Shown here piece by piece: positions 1 to 9,284 of a stretch of DNA of 64,000 bases. The notes beneath the pieces are model-generated. The model ran no database searches, was not told the DNA's origin, and saw only the letters and a program-made list of their open reading frames with translations. The stretch's first letter is position 1, and every line of letters starts with the position of its first letter. The position numbers and the translations under genes are program-made. The DNA lies in contig CAWCIZ010000001.1 in the NCBI GenBank assembly GCA_963795855.1, forward strand, positions 480,001 through 544,000, written 5' to 3'. The stretch is from Vulcanimicrobiota bacterium. Its GTDB lineage: Bacteria; Vulcanimicrobiota; Vulcanimicrobiia; Vulcanimicrobiales; Vulcanimicrobiaceae.

Positions 1-1033
1 CGCAATCATTTCAACCGTCGTCATGACGTTCATCTTGCTGTTGTTCGGCGAGATTATTCCGAAGACGGTGGCCGTTTCCGACAACGAACGGTGGGCGCTG
101 CGTTTGGCGCCGACGATGCGCCGCGCCGCTTGGCTTCTGACGCCGCTCGTATATTTGTTTCAGTTTCTGACGAATTGGATTCTGCGCCCGTTCGGAATCA
201 AGCACACGCATCCGATATTCGTGACCGAAGAAGACATCCGCGCCATCGTCAACGTGGGCGCCGAACAGAACGTGCTCGAGGAGCAGGAGCGCGAGATGAT
301 CCATTCGGTCATCGAGTTCGGCGACACGATCGTGCGCGAAGTGATGACGCCGCGCCCGAACGTCGTGGCCGTTGCAATCGACGATTCGCCGCGCCGCGCG
401 CTCGACGTCGTGATCGCCGAAGGCTACTCTAAACTCCCCGTGTATCAAGAATCCAAAGACGACATCGTCGGCGTCGTGCACGATCGCGAACTGCTGATCA
501 GCCTTGCGGACGGTACGATCAGTTCGACGCCGATTCGCTCGCTGATGCGTGCCGTCACGCACGTTCCGGAGAACAAGAAAATCGCGGAACTGCTGCGCGA
601 GATGCAGCGCGACAAATTTTCGATGGCGATCGTCGTGGACGAATACGGCGGAACGGCGGGGCTGGTGACAATGGAGGATCTGCTCGAAGAGATCGTCGGC
701 GAGATTCGCGACGAACACGACGAAGGCGAAGAGGAGCCCGTGCGAATGGTGAACGAGCAGGAAGCAGTCGTGGATTCGGGCGTGAACATCGAGGACGTCA
801 ACGCGAAACTCGGCACGCATCTCCCGCACGAAGAATTCGAAACGATCGGCGGCTTTACGGTCGGACTCTTCGGGCGCTTACCGAGCGAAGGCGAGGAAGT
901 AGAAGCGGACGAGCACACCAGACTGAAAGTGGACCGGATGCGCGGGCGCCGCATCATGGCCGTGCGCGTTTACAGCAACGGTAAACTCGGCGCCACGAAC
1001 GGCGCGCCGCCCGCGGAGGAAAATGAATCCTGA
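1..1033 (+). CDS. HlyC/CorC family (CNNM-CBS-CorC) membrane protein, 5' end probably outside window
   Basis: FGEIIPK, VREVMTPR, VVDEYGGTAGLVTMEDLLEEIVGEIRDEHD motifs. Confidence 0.92.
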   Translation, partial: AIISTVVMTFILLLFGEIIPKTVAVSDNERWALRLAPTMRRAAWLLTPLVYLFQFLTNWILRPFGIKHTHPIFVTEEDIRAIVNVGAEQNVLEEQEREMIHSVIEFGDTIVREVMTPRPNVVAVAIDDSPRRALDVVIAEGYSKLPVYQESKDDIVGVVHDRELLISLADGTISSTPIRSLMRAVTHVPENKKIAELLREMQRDKFSMAIVVDEYGGTAGLVTMEDLLEEIVGEIRDEHDEGEEEPVRMVNEQEAVVDSGVNIEDVNAKLGTHLPHEEFETIGGFTVGLFGRLPSEGEEVEADEHTRLKVDRMRGRRIMAVRVYSNGKLGATNGAPPAEENES

Positions 1034-1412
1034 ATCGCTGGTAGCGCGCGCAAAGGAGATGCGCCAACGCGCGTACGCGCCGTATTCCGGCTTCACGGTG
1101 GGTGCGGCACTCGTTACGCAGGACGGCTCGGTGTTCGGCGGTGCGAATGTCGAAAACGCGAGCTACGGGGTCGGGATTTGCGCGGAGCGGACTGCCGCAG
1201 TGTGCGCAGTCGCAGCGGGGCACCGGGTTTTTCGAGCGATAGCCGTGGCTGGGCCTGAGTCGACCGTTGCGGCGCCGTGCGGCGCGTGCCGGCAGTTTCT
1301 GAACGAGTTCAATCCCCAACTCACCGTTATCTACACCGCCCCGAACGGTGTGCGTGAAACGACGTTGGATCGGCTGCTTCCGGACGCATTCGGTCCCAGC
1401 AACTTGCAATGA
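1023..1412 (+). CDS. cdd: cytidine deaminase
   Basis: AYAPYSGFTVGAAL, NVENASY, CAERTA, PCGACRQ zinc motifs. Confidence 0.95.
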   Translation: MNPESLVARAKEMRQRAYAPYSGFTVGAALVTQDGSVFGGANVENASYGVGICAERTAAVCAVAAGHRVFRAIAVAGPESTVAAPCGACRQFLNEFNPQLTVIYTAPNGVRETTLDRLLPDAFGPSNLQ

Positions 1413-2164
1413 GCGCGCCGCAGCGCTCGTACAAAACCGCGGCCGTCGTTCTGCGCGGACGCACGTACGGTGAAGCGGATCGCATTCTCACCTTGTACAC
1501 AAGCGAGCGCGGAAAAATCGATGCTATCGCCAAAGGCGCGCGCCGCACGAAAAGTCATCTGGCGGGACGCCTCGAGTTCGGAAACGAGGTGCAGCTCGGC
1601 ATGCATCGCGGACGCAACCTCGACGTCGTCGTATCCGCGGATATTCTGACCGCGCATTGGCAGCGCTTGGTGCAGCCCGAGCGTTTCGCGGCGGCAAATC
1701 TCGTCCTCGAACTCATCGATGCGTTTTGCGAACCGGATTTAGCGGCGCCGGACGTGTACGGGCTGCTGACCGCCGCACTGCGCGCGATCGGACAGAGCGA
1801 CGAGCCGCTCGCGCTGCTGCCGCGATTTTCGATGCGCTTGTTGGATGCGCTCGGTCTGGCTCCGCCGGTCGACGTGTGCGTGCACTGCGGCAAGGCGTTC
1901 GAAAGCGGAACGGCGTGGCTTGATGCCGAGCAGGGCGGCTTCGGATGCGAGAACTGTCGAGCGAGCTGGCGCGATGCGCCGAGGCTGAGCATCGAAGACG
2001 TGCGCAACCTCCAGGCCATAGCCGCAGCGCCGGGATCGGCGGTCGCTCCGGCTCTTCGCGCAAATCGTGCCGTCGCACAGGCGATCGAAGCATTGGTGAA
2101 CCATCATCTCGGCCGCCGGCCGAAAGCGGGAGTGCACGCGCTGGAGTTCGTAAGGGGCTCCTAA
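1409..2164 (+). CDS. recO: DNA repair protein RecO
   Basis: YGEADRILTLYT..GKIDAIAKGARR N-terminus, CxxC..CxxC zinc finger; follows cdd. Confidence 0.93.
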   Translation: MSAPQRSYKTAAVVLRGRTYGEADRILTLYTSERGKIDAIAKGARRTKSHLAGRLEFGNEVQLGMHRGRNLDVVVSADILTAHWQRLVQPERFAAANLVLELIDAFCEPDLAAPDVYGLLTAALRAIGQSDEPLALLPRFSMRLLDALGLAPPVDVCVHCGKAFESGTAWLDAEQGGFGCENCRASWRDAPRLSIEDVRNLQAIAAAPGSAVAPALRANRAVAQAIEALVNHHLGRRPKAGVHALEFVRGS

Positions 2165-2589
2165 TGTCTCTGTTGGCCCTCGACGTCGGAAGCAAACGCA
2201 TCGGCGTCGCCGTTGCCGATCCCACCGGCACTTTCGCATTACCCGTCACCGTCATAGAACGGACCAATCTCAAAGCGGACTTGGAGCGCATCACCGAACT
2301 CGCGCGCGAGTACGGCGCGCAGGAGCTCGTCATCGGCGATCCGGTTACGCTCGCCGGCGCCCGCGGCCTCGCGGCGGAAAAGATCGATCGCTTCGTCGAG
2401 CAATTGCAGCGCGTCTTCACGGGCGGCATTCATCGCGTGGACGAGCGGATGACGACGGCGCAAGCGACGAAGAGCTTGATCGCGGCCGACGTCCGCCGCG
2501 CGAAACGCAAAACGGTCGTCGACAAGATGGCGGCGGCGCTGATCTTAGAGACGTTTCTCGCCCGCCGGCGCGGCGGCGCATCGTTGTGA
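2164..2589 (+). CDS. ruvX: YqgF/RuvX family nuclease
   Basis: ATG at 2164 overlaps recO stop (TAATG); LALDVGSKRIGVAV, VDERMTT, VDKMAAALIL. Confidence 0.93.
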   Translation: MSLLALDVGSKRIGVAVADPTGTFALPVTVIERTNLKADLERITELAREYGAQELVIGDPVTLAGARGLAAEKIDRFVEQLQRVFTGGIHRVDERMTTAQATKSLIAADVRRAKRKTVVDKMAAALILETFLARRRGGASL

Positions 2590-3575
2590 GGCGCGCATTC
2601 AGGATCGGCGGCGCGGCGATCGCCGTCATCGTTCTTGCGCTTTTTGTGGTCTTCGCCTATGCCATTTGGGGCGATGCCTCGCATCCGTCCGTTACGCGCC
2701 AAGTGATAGTCCCTCGCGGGTCGACGTTTCACGACATTGCGGGCCAACTCGCGAGCGCGGGCGTCATCGGCAATGAAACGGCGTTTCGCATCTACGCCAA
2801 GGTAACGCATGCCGACACCGAGGCGCACGCCGGCGCGTTTCGTTTTCCGCCGCATCAGACGCCCGCGCAAGTCCTGCAGCAACTGGAGAGCGGCGGCGCG
2901 CAGGTTGCGAAATGGATTACCATTCCCGAAGGCTTCACCGCCAAGCAGATCGCGCAGCGCCTTGCTTACGAAGGGTTCGGAAGCGCCGCTTCGTTCCAGA
3001 CCGCCTTTCTGCACGATTCGATCGTCGTAGGCGGCGCGCGCACGAAGAATCTGGAAGGTTTTCTATTTCCAAGCACTTACCTGATTCCGAACGGCGCCTC
3101 CCCGAAGACGGTTGTGGATATTCTAACGGCGCAGTTCCGCAAAGAGCTGCCGCCCGGTGCCGCACGAAAAGCGCGGCAGCATGGCCTTACGGTGCCGCAG
3201 GTCGTCACCCTGGCCTCGCTCATCGAACGCGAAGCGAAGGCAGACGACGAGCGCCCGCTCATGGCGGGGGTGTATTACAACCGCCTCCGGCTGGGCATGC
3301 CGCTTGAAGTGGATGCGACGATAGAATACGCTCTTCCCGAACACCACGACGTCATTACGTACGGGGACCTGAAAATCGACTCGCCGTATAACTCGTATCT
3401 GCATACGGGTTTGCCGCCGACGCCGATTGCCAACCCGGGCGCCGCGTCGCTTCGGGCGGCGTTCGATCCGCGGCCGTCGCAATACCTGTATTACGTGTAC
3501 AAAGGAAACGGGCACCACGCGTTCGCGCGAACCCTCGCCGAGCAGCACGCGAACACCGCAAAGTATTTGAAGTAG
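2586..3575 (+). CDS. mltG: endolytic transglycosylase MltG
   Basis: N-terminal TM, TIPEG, LEGFLFPSTY, LASLIERE, SPYNSY..GLPPTPIANPG. Confidence 0.95.
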   Translation: MRRAFRIGGAAIAVIVLALFVVFAYAIWGDASHPSVTRQVIVPRGSTFHDIAGQLASAGVIGNETAFRIYAKVTHADTEAHAGAFRFPPHQTPAQVLQQLESGGAQVAKWITIPEGFTAKQIAQRLAYEGFGSAASFQTAFLHDSIVVGGARTKNLEGFLFPSTYLIPNGASPKTVVDILTAQFRKELPPGAARKARQHGLTVPQVVTLASLIEREAKADDERPLMAGVYYNRLRLGMPLEVDATIEYALPEHHDVITYGDLKIDSPYNSYLHTGLPPTPIANPGAASLRAAFDPRPSQYLYYVYKGNGHHAFARTLAEQHANTAKYLK

Positions 3576-3583
3576 GAGAACTC

Positions 3584-3865
3584 ATGCCAACAAACGGCGA
3601 CGCCGGCAAACCGCAAACCCTGGAACTGCGCGACGTGCTCGTGATTCAAACGACCGACGAAAAGAAACTCGAATTCGAAGTCGTCGGCTTGGTTGAAGAC
3701 GAAGAAAACAACACGTACGCGGTACTCTATTGCGAGCAGGAGGACGAGTTCGTCGTCACGGACGCGAAGGGCGATCTGCTCGAGGATGACGAGTTGGCGC
3801 AGGAAATACTCGACGACTTTTTCGTGCTGGCGGAAGAGTCGGGCAGCGAGGGGAGCACCGAGTAA
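3584..3865 (+). CDS. DUF1292-like acidic small protein
   Basis: Highly acidic 93 aa, AGGAG RBS, usual ruvX/mltG neighbourhood. Confidence 0.7.
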   Translation: MPTNGDAGKPQTLELRDVLVIQTTDEKKLEFEVVGLVEDEENNTYAVLYCEQEDEFVVTDAKGDLLEDDELAQEILDDFFVLAEESGSEGSTE

Positions 3866-5007
3866 TTCGCGCGCTGTTCTTGTCGGCGAACGTCGGCGTC
3901 GGTCACACATCGGCCGCGAACGCGCTGCGTGGGGCACTCGCGGGCGGCGAGCCGCCAATCGACGCAACGATCGTCGACTCGTACAAATACGCGGCGTCGG
4001 TCGTTTCACGCGTCGTATCGCAGGGCTATCTGGGCATGGTCAAGACCATTCCGCAGATGTACCGGTTTCTGTACAATCGGGCCGAGCGCGCTACCGAAGT
4101 AGGCCCGTTTCGCGCGTGGGTCCACCAATTCACCGCAACGAATCTTCGCCCGCTGCTGCAAGAGTTGCGCCCTGACGTCGTGATCTGCACGCACGCATTT
4201 CCGTGCGGCGTCATGGCCGAATACAAAAAACAGTTCGCGGACGCTCCGCCGGTCATGGGCGTCGTGACCGATTTCGTCGTTCACGCCTTTTGGATTCACA
4301 ACAACATCGAAGGGTACGCGGTCGCAACGCCGGAAATGCGCGCGACGCTCATCGCGCGAGGCGTTGCGCGCGATCGCATTATCGTTTCCGGCATACCGGT
4401 GCGTGCAGACTTCGCGCAGCCGTGCGGCGACCGCGATACGCTTCGCGAGCGGCTCGGCTTGCCGCTCGACCGCAGCACGGTGCTTTTGATGGGCGGCGGT
4501 TTGGGCATAGGTCCGCTTGAAACGATGATGCAGGCGCTCGACCGCGTCGATACGCCGCTTTGCGCGCTCGCCATCGTCGGGCGAAGCACGCGCAGCGAAC
4601 AGCGCGTGCTGGAATACGCTCACCGCGTCGGCTATCCCGTGCGCGTGGTTCGCTTCGTGAACAACGTGCATGAGTACATGCACGCGAGCGACGTTCTCAT
4701 TACGAAGCCGGGCGGTCTGACGTCCGCCGAGGCGCTGGTCGCGCAGGTCCCGATGGTACTGTTCAAACCGCTGCCCGGTCAGGAAGAGCGCAACACGCGC
4801 TATTTGGTGCAGCGCCGCGCGGCGTTGCGCGCGAAATCGGGCGCGGATCTCACCCGAACGGTGCAGTCGCTTTTGGAATCGGAAGAGAAACGCAACGTGA
4901 TGCGCGCCGCTATGATGAGGCTCGGAAAACCTGAAGCGGCAGCGGAGATCGCCGAGGCGATTCGCGGCCTCGCGTCCGGCGTCGCTCGAGGAGAACAAAT
5001 CGCATGA
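3865..5007 (+). CDS. MGDG synthase/UgtP-like diacylglycerol glycosyltransferase (GT28)
   Basis: RALFLSANVGVGH, VICTHAFP, VVTDF, LITKPGGLT, PGQEERN; start either ATT 3865 or TTG 3880. Confidence 0.88.
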   Translation: MRALFLSANVGVGHTSAANALRGALAGGEPPIDATIVDSYKYAASVVSRVVSQGYLGMVKTIPQMYRFLYNRAERATEVGPFRAWVHQFTATNLRPLLQELRPDVVICTHAFPCGVMAEYKKQFADAPPVMGVVTDFVVHAFWIHNNIEGYAVATPEMRATLIARGVARDRIIVSGIPVRADFAQPCGDRDTLRERLGLPLDRSTVLLMGGGLGIGPLETMMQALDRVDTPLCALAIVGRSTRSEQRVLEYAHRVGYPVRVVRFVNNVHEYMHASDVLITKPGGLTSAEALVAQVPMVLFKPLPGQEERNTRYLVQRRAALRAKSGADLTRTVQSLLESEEKRNVMRAAMMRLGKPEAAAEIAEAIRGLASGVARGEQIA

Positions 5008-5536
5008 GAATGATGCCGTCACACTGGACGTACGCGGGATGGTTCACGGTTCTACGTGTGTACGCAGGTCTGTTCTGGCTCGCGCACGGCGTTCCGAAGT
5101 TTCTCAACTCGGCCGCTTTCATGCCGCCGTCCGGTTTCATGCCGCAAGCGGTGCAGCGCGGGATCATGTCGCAAACGGGCTTCTACCACGATTTTCTGCT
5201 CAACGTCGTCACGCCGAACATCGGACTTTTCGGGGATCTCGTTCGGCTCGGCGAAGTGCTCGTCGGCTGCAGTTTGCTGCTCGGCATATTCACGCGGTTC
5301 GGCGGTCTCGTCGGGTGTTTCTTGCGCTAAACTACATGGGGCTGCAAGGCGAATTCGCGAAATTGACGACGATTGGATCGCTCGACGCCGCGGCGTTCAT
5401 GCTCTCGTTCTCGATGCTTGTCGTGCCCGCGGGCCGCGTCGCCGGCGTTGACGCGTTTCTCGTCCGGCGGCCGGTACGTAAAGACGTCGTCGTGCCCGAG
5501 ATCGTCGAAGAGACGCCGCCGGTTCCGCCGCGTTGA
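5004..5536 (+). CDS. DoxX/TQO small-subunit family membrane protein, apparent frameshift near 5325
   Basis: LRVYAGLFWLAHGVPK..EVLVGCSLLLGIFTR continues in another frame as FLALNYM..AGRVAGVD. Confidence 0.75.
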
Positions 5537-5596
5537 CACCACGCGCTGACGCGCAGGCTCCCATAGTGCCGATGTGGTATAGTGGTCCGGTCCCAC

Positions 5597-5687
5597 GGAG
5601 AGGTGGGTGAGTGGCTGAAACCAGTCGTTTGCTAAATGACCGACGGTCAAAAACCGTCCGAGGGTTCGAATCCCTCCCTCTCCGCCA
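5597..5687 (+). tRNA. tRNA-Ser(GCT)
   Basis: Cloverleaf with long variable arm, GTCGT-TTGCTAA-ATGAC anticodon arm, encoded CCA. Confidence 0.96.
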
Positions 5688-5741
5688 CGAAATTCATCGT
5701 GGAGGGGAAACGAAAAACCGCGACGTATCAATCGCGGCCGT

Positions 5742-5816
5742 GCGGTCGTCAGCTCAATTGGATAGAGCAACAGGCTACGAACTTGTAGGTTGGGGGTTCG
5801 AGTCCCTCCGACCGCG
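5742..5816 (+). tRNA. tRNA-Arg(ACG), one extra base between acceptor and D stems
   Basis: GCGGTCG/CGACCGC acceptor, ACAGG-CTACGAA-CTTGT, GGTTCGAGTCC. Confidence 0.93.
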
Positions 5817-5826
5817 CATTTCGAGG

Positions 5827-5855
5827 AAGAGCCCGGATCGCCGCCGGGCTTTTCA
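5827..5855 (+). terminator. probable intrinsic terminator/hairpin after tRNA-Arg
   Basis: AAGAGCCCGG..CCGGGCTTTT inverted repeat. Confidence 0.55.
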
Positions 5856-5935
5856 CGTTTCATCGGTGTCGCCGGCCCTTGAAAAAAAGTGCCGGGGTTT
5901 GTTAAAGTAGAGCGTCGAACGGCGCGTTACCGTAC

Positions 5936-6006
5936 GGCTCGGTACTCAGCGGTAGAGCGGGGGACTCATAAGCCCTAGGTCGTAGGTTCAAATCCTACCC
6001 GAGTCA
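5936..6006 (+). tRNA. tRNA with CAT anticodon, most like elongator tRNA-Met; D stem one base short
   Basis: GGCTCGG/CCGAGTC acceptor, GGGGACTCATAAGCCCT anticodon arm, GGTTCAAATCC; TACTC instead of TAGCTC. Confidence 0.85.
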
Positions 6007-6013
6007 GTCGTGC

Positions 6014-6052
6014 GGAGTCCGGAGTGCTTGACGCTCCGGGCTTCCAGTTTTT
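6014..6052 (+). terminator. probable intrinsic terminator
   Basis: GGAGTCCGGAGTG..CGCTCCGGGCTTCC hairpin followed by a T run. Confidence 0.6.
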
Positions 6053-6114
6053 CGCCGATGTGAAACCTGAAGGGAATCCTCCGGGTCCGGTAGGATTGAG
6101 GCTGACTTACAACT

Positions 6115-6348
6115 ATGTCAACTATTCCGTGCGACTTTTGTCCGCATCCGGTGGACCGCAATCAAATGGAAGAGATCGAGATCTCCCATTACGTTCCCGA
6201 TAGTTCGGGCGACGATCTCGCGTATGCACGGACGTACTTTTTCGGCCATCCGGATTGTGTTCGCAAGTTTTACCGAGGACTCGTCGATCACAAACTCGAT
6301 TTGTTCAAGCATATCCCGAGCGCCGGCAATCCCGAAGGCCAGCGCTGA
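6115..6348 (+). CDS. hypothetical 77-aa protein with CxxC and HxxC motifs
   Basis: Fills gap between tRNAs, purine-rich leader (AGGATTGAGG), CDFC..HPDC. Confidence 0.6.
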   Translation: MSTIPCDFCPHPVDRNQMEEIEISHYVPDSSGDDLAYARTYFFGHPDCVRKFYRGLVDHKLDLFKHIPSAGNPEGQR

Positions 6349-6376
6349 CGATCCGGCGTTCCTACGCCGGAACCGT

Positions 6377-6453
6377 GTCCCCGTAGCTCAGTTGGATAGA
6401 GCGTTTGCCTCCGAAGCAAAAGGCCGGTGGTTCGAGTCCACAGGTCGGGGACG
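6377..6453 (+). tRNA. tRNA-Arg(CCG), 3 extra bases between T stem and acceptor
   Basis: GTCCCCG/CGGGGAC acceptor, TTTGC-CTCCGAA-GCAAA, GGTTCGAGTCC. Confidence 0.85.
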
Positions 6454-6887
6454 AATATTACATACGGCGTGCGATGGAACTGGCGGCGAAGGCGGCAGAC
6501 GCCGGCGACGTGCCGATCGGCGCGGTACTCGTGACGGGCGACTTGGTGCTCGAGGCCAAGAACGAAAAGGAGAGCCGGCCCGATGCTACAGCGCATGCTG
6601 AAATGCTGCTGCTGCAGCTCGCGGCGCGCGAATTGCACGCATGGCGTCTGCCGGATGCGACGGTATACGTCACCAAAGAACCGTGCGTGATGTGCGCGGG
6701 CGCGCTCGTTGCCGCACGAATTAAGCGCCTCGTCTTCGGATGCGCGGATCCCAAGGGCGGCGCCGCCGGAAGCGTGATCGACCTCGTACGCCATCCCTCG
6801 CTCAACCATCGCATGGAAGTGACGGCGGGTGTTCTGGAAAACGAAACCGCCGAACAGCTTCAAGAGTTTTTTCGCAAGCGCCGGTAG
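6405..6887 (+). CDS. tadA: tRNA adenosine(34) deaminase; start uncertain (TTG 6405 inside tRNA or ATG 6474)
   Basis: DVPIGAVLV, DATAHAE, YVTKEPCVMCAGA, DPKGGAAGS, FFRKRR. Confidence 0.92.
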   Translation: MPPKQKAGGSSPQVGDEYYIRRAMELAAKAADAGDVPIGAVLVTGDLVLEAKNEKESRPDATAHAEMLLLQLAARELHAWRLPDATVYVTKEPCVMCAGALVAARIKRLVFGCADPKGGAAGSVIDLVRHPSLNHRMEVTAGVLENETAEQLQEFFRKRR

Positions 6888-6943
6888 CAAGACTTTTGCG
6901 CGGACGCGCGAATCAGCGGTCCTTTGTCGGCCGTGCTGCACCT

Positions 6944-7031
6944 GGAGAGGTGGTCGAGTGGTTGAAGGCACCCGCCTCGAAAGCGGGCAGACGTGATGAG
7001 CGTCTCGAGAGTTCGAATCTCTCCCTCTCCG
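6944..7031 (+). tRNA. tRNA-Ser(CGA)
   Basis: GGAGAGG/CCTCTCC acceptor, CCCGC-CTCGAAA-GCGGG, long variable arm. Confidence 0.95.
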
Positions 7032-7071
7032 AAGTAAGAAAAGGACCCGCTTGCGGGTCCTTTTCTTACTT
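7032..7071. terminator. bidirectional intrinsic terminator
   Basis: Perfect 19-bp inverted repeat AAGTAAGAAAAGGACCCGC/GCGGGTCCTTTTCTTACTT between convergent genes. Confidence 0.85.
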
Positions 7072-7142
7072 TGCACATGAGAGATCGAACTCGTGAGGCG
7101 CGATAGTACAGCGTCTCGATAGCGACCAGGATGGGTGAGGCG

Positions 7143-9134
7143 CTACGAACCTTGCGCCGTGTACGTGTACACGTGCTGGCCGTCGCGAATGATAAGCTCG
7201 CGGCTGCCGTCCTTCGGCAAGACGAAATCGAAGCCGCCCCGTCCGGGACTGATGGTGAGGAATGAGATAGTACCGTCGGCATTCTTACGCGTGCCGACGT
7301 GGCTGCTCCAGAGTCCGAATTGGAACACCAAACCCTGCGCATCGTGGCTGACCGCGATGCGTCCGAGCGCGGGGCTCGTGTAGTATTGCGCGAGTTGCGC
7401 AGCGTATGCCGGCGATGCGGGAACGGTGATGAGCTTGCGCTGCACCGCTAACGCCTGGGCGTCGGTCTTCGCTGCGGAGGCAACGTCGGCGTCTGCTTCC
7501 GGCTTTCCGTTGTACAAGACTTCGAGCAGCTTGCGAAGGAACGGACCGCGCAGCTCCACGCCCGAATCCGAATTGGTGAGGATCACCGCGCCGACTTGCG
7601 CCGAAGGAATCGCAAACCAGTCGCTATGAAAGCCGATGAGATCGCCGCCGTGATGAACGACGCTTATACCGTACGTCTGGTCATCCATGAGCCCCATGCC
7701 GTACCACTCGTTCTCACCGAGCGGCACCGTGTGCAGGCGGCGCTGCAAAACATTTTTTGCGGAGATGAACCGCTTTCCGTTCGGCGCTACGCCGGGCGTG
7801 AGCTCGTCCTGCACGTATCTGATCATGTCATGCGGCGAGGACCACGCCTCGCCGGCAGGACGATACGGAATCGCGATATCGTTGATCGGCGAGTCCACGA
7901 CCTCGGTGACGCCGTCGACGGTCTGCCCGTGCGGGCTTGCGTGATCGCCCGCCTGCACGCGGCTCATGTCGAACGTCGTGTGCATCATGCCGAGCGGATC
8001 GAAAATCAGCGTCTGCATCGCCTTGTCGTACGCCGCGCCGATGGGAAGATTCGGATACTCCAAATGCCCGGCGATATATCCCGCGGCCGAAGCCATCGTG
8101 TTGCTGTATTGGAAGATCTGACCGTATTTGCTGGTCGGTTCCGTGTTGGCGAGTTGTACGAACGTTTCTTCCGGACCGGTTTTCGGCGTCGTTCCCAAGA
8201 TCCAGTCGAAGTCTTTGCGCGGGACGCCGGTGCACGCGCAGACGAGATCTTCGATTCGCACTTTGGCGGTCGTCGCGGGGCTGCCCAAGCGGAACGACGG
8301 GTACGCTTGCGTGACCGGTTCATCCCACCGCAGCTTTCGTTGGTCGACTAGGCGCGAGAGCAAGAGCGTCGTCAGACCTTTCGTATTCGACGCAATCATG
8401 AACAGCGTATTCGCGTCGACCGGCTGTGGTTTGCCGACCGTTCGAACACCGAGCCCGCCTTGATACACGACTTTGCCGTGGTCGATGATCGCAATGCCGA
8501 CGCCAGGTACGTGCAGTTCGCTCATACCGGTTTTTACGAACGCGAGAAGCGCCGCGACGCGCGCAGGCGTGAGGCGGTTTGCCGTTCGTCCGGCGAACGT
8601 CTCACGGACGTAGGCCGCAGGCTGTATACTCCCTGCAAGAAGCGCGACTGCGGCGTCTCGTTTTTCAAACGTCGACTCCGAGCCGTCGAAGAGAAACACG
8701 GTCCAGAGATCTTTGCTGCGCAGGGCAGTCGCAGCAAGGACGAGATGCTCCGCGGGGGTGGTGACATAATCAACTGCTTGGATTTCGTCCCAGCCTTCGC
8801 GCGGGGGCGCGGAAGACGTCATGAGCACCTTGCGATGAAAACCTGGTTGATATGCTTGCCATGCCTGCGCGACCGCACCTTGCGCGTTGGCGGCCTTACC
8901 GACGTTCGCGATGACGAGGTGCGCGTCGTTTTCCGGCGCCGTAACGATCACCAGCGAGCCCTTTTGCTGCTCGAGCCAGCCTTTCGGCACGGTGAATTTC
9001 ACGCCGTTAACCGTCTGCGGCGTGTCGGCGGCGGCCGGTCCGGGTGCGGGGTTTGCGGGAGCGGGGGTCTGCGCGGCGGCGGCCATAGGCGCCAGTAATG
9101 AAAAGACAGCGAGCAATGTAAGAACGCGCTTCAT
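7143..9134 (-). CDS. secreted serine hydrolase, beta-lactamase/AmpC-like family
   Basis: Signal peptide MKRVLTLLAV, SNTK (SxxK), YSN, HGG motifs; AGGAG RBS. Confidence 0.9.
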   Translation of the reverse strand: MKRVLTLLAVFSLLAPMAAAAQTPAPANPAPGPAAADTPQTVNGVKFTVPKGWLEQQKGSLVIVTAPENDAHLVIANVGKAANAQGAVAQAWQAYQPGFHRKVLMTSSAPPREGWDEIQAVDYVTTPAEHLVLAATALRSKDLWTVFLFDGSESTFEKRDAAVALLAGSIQPAAYVRETFAGRTANRLTPARVAALLAFVKTGMSELHVPGVGIAIIDHGKVVYQGGLGVRTVGKPQPVDANTLFMIASNTKGLTTLLLSRLVDQRKLRWDEPVTQAYPSFRLGSPATTAKVRIEDLVCACTGVPRKDFDWILGTTPKTGPEETFVQLANTEPTSKYGQIFQYSNTMASAAGYIAGHLEYPNLPIGAAYDKAMQTLIFDPLGMMHTTFDMSRVQAGDHASPHGQTVDGVTEVVDSPINDIAIPYRPAGEAWSSPHDMIRYVQDELTPGVAPNGKRFISAKNVLQRRLHTVPLGENEWYGMGLMDDQTYGISVVHHGGDLIGFHSDWFAIPSAQVGAVILTNSDSGVELRGPFLRKLLEVLYNGKPEADADVASAAKTDAQALAVQRKLITVPASPAYAAQLAQYYTSPALGRIAVSHDAQGLVFQFGLWSSHVGTRKNADGTISFLTISPGRGGFDFVLPKDGSRELIIRDGQHVYTYTAQGS

Positions 9135-9284
9135 CTGGACTCTCTCCTGTTCGTGCGGCGGCGCAAGGTCGGTACTGCTTGTACGGGACACGCCAGCGAA
9201 TTGTTTCCGCACCGTGCCGGGGCGCCCTCCGTTGCGCACGAAATTCGCCTCAGCCGCCGGTACTTCGCATGCGCTTTTCAGTCG

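Noticed and set aside
5597..7071. Genomic island at the tRNA cluster
   Set aside because: No integrase and no duplicated tRNA 3' end found in the window
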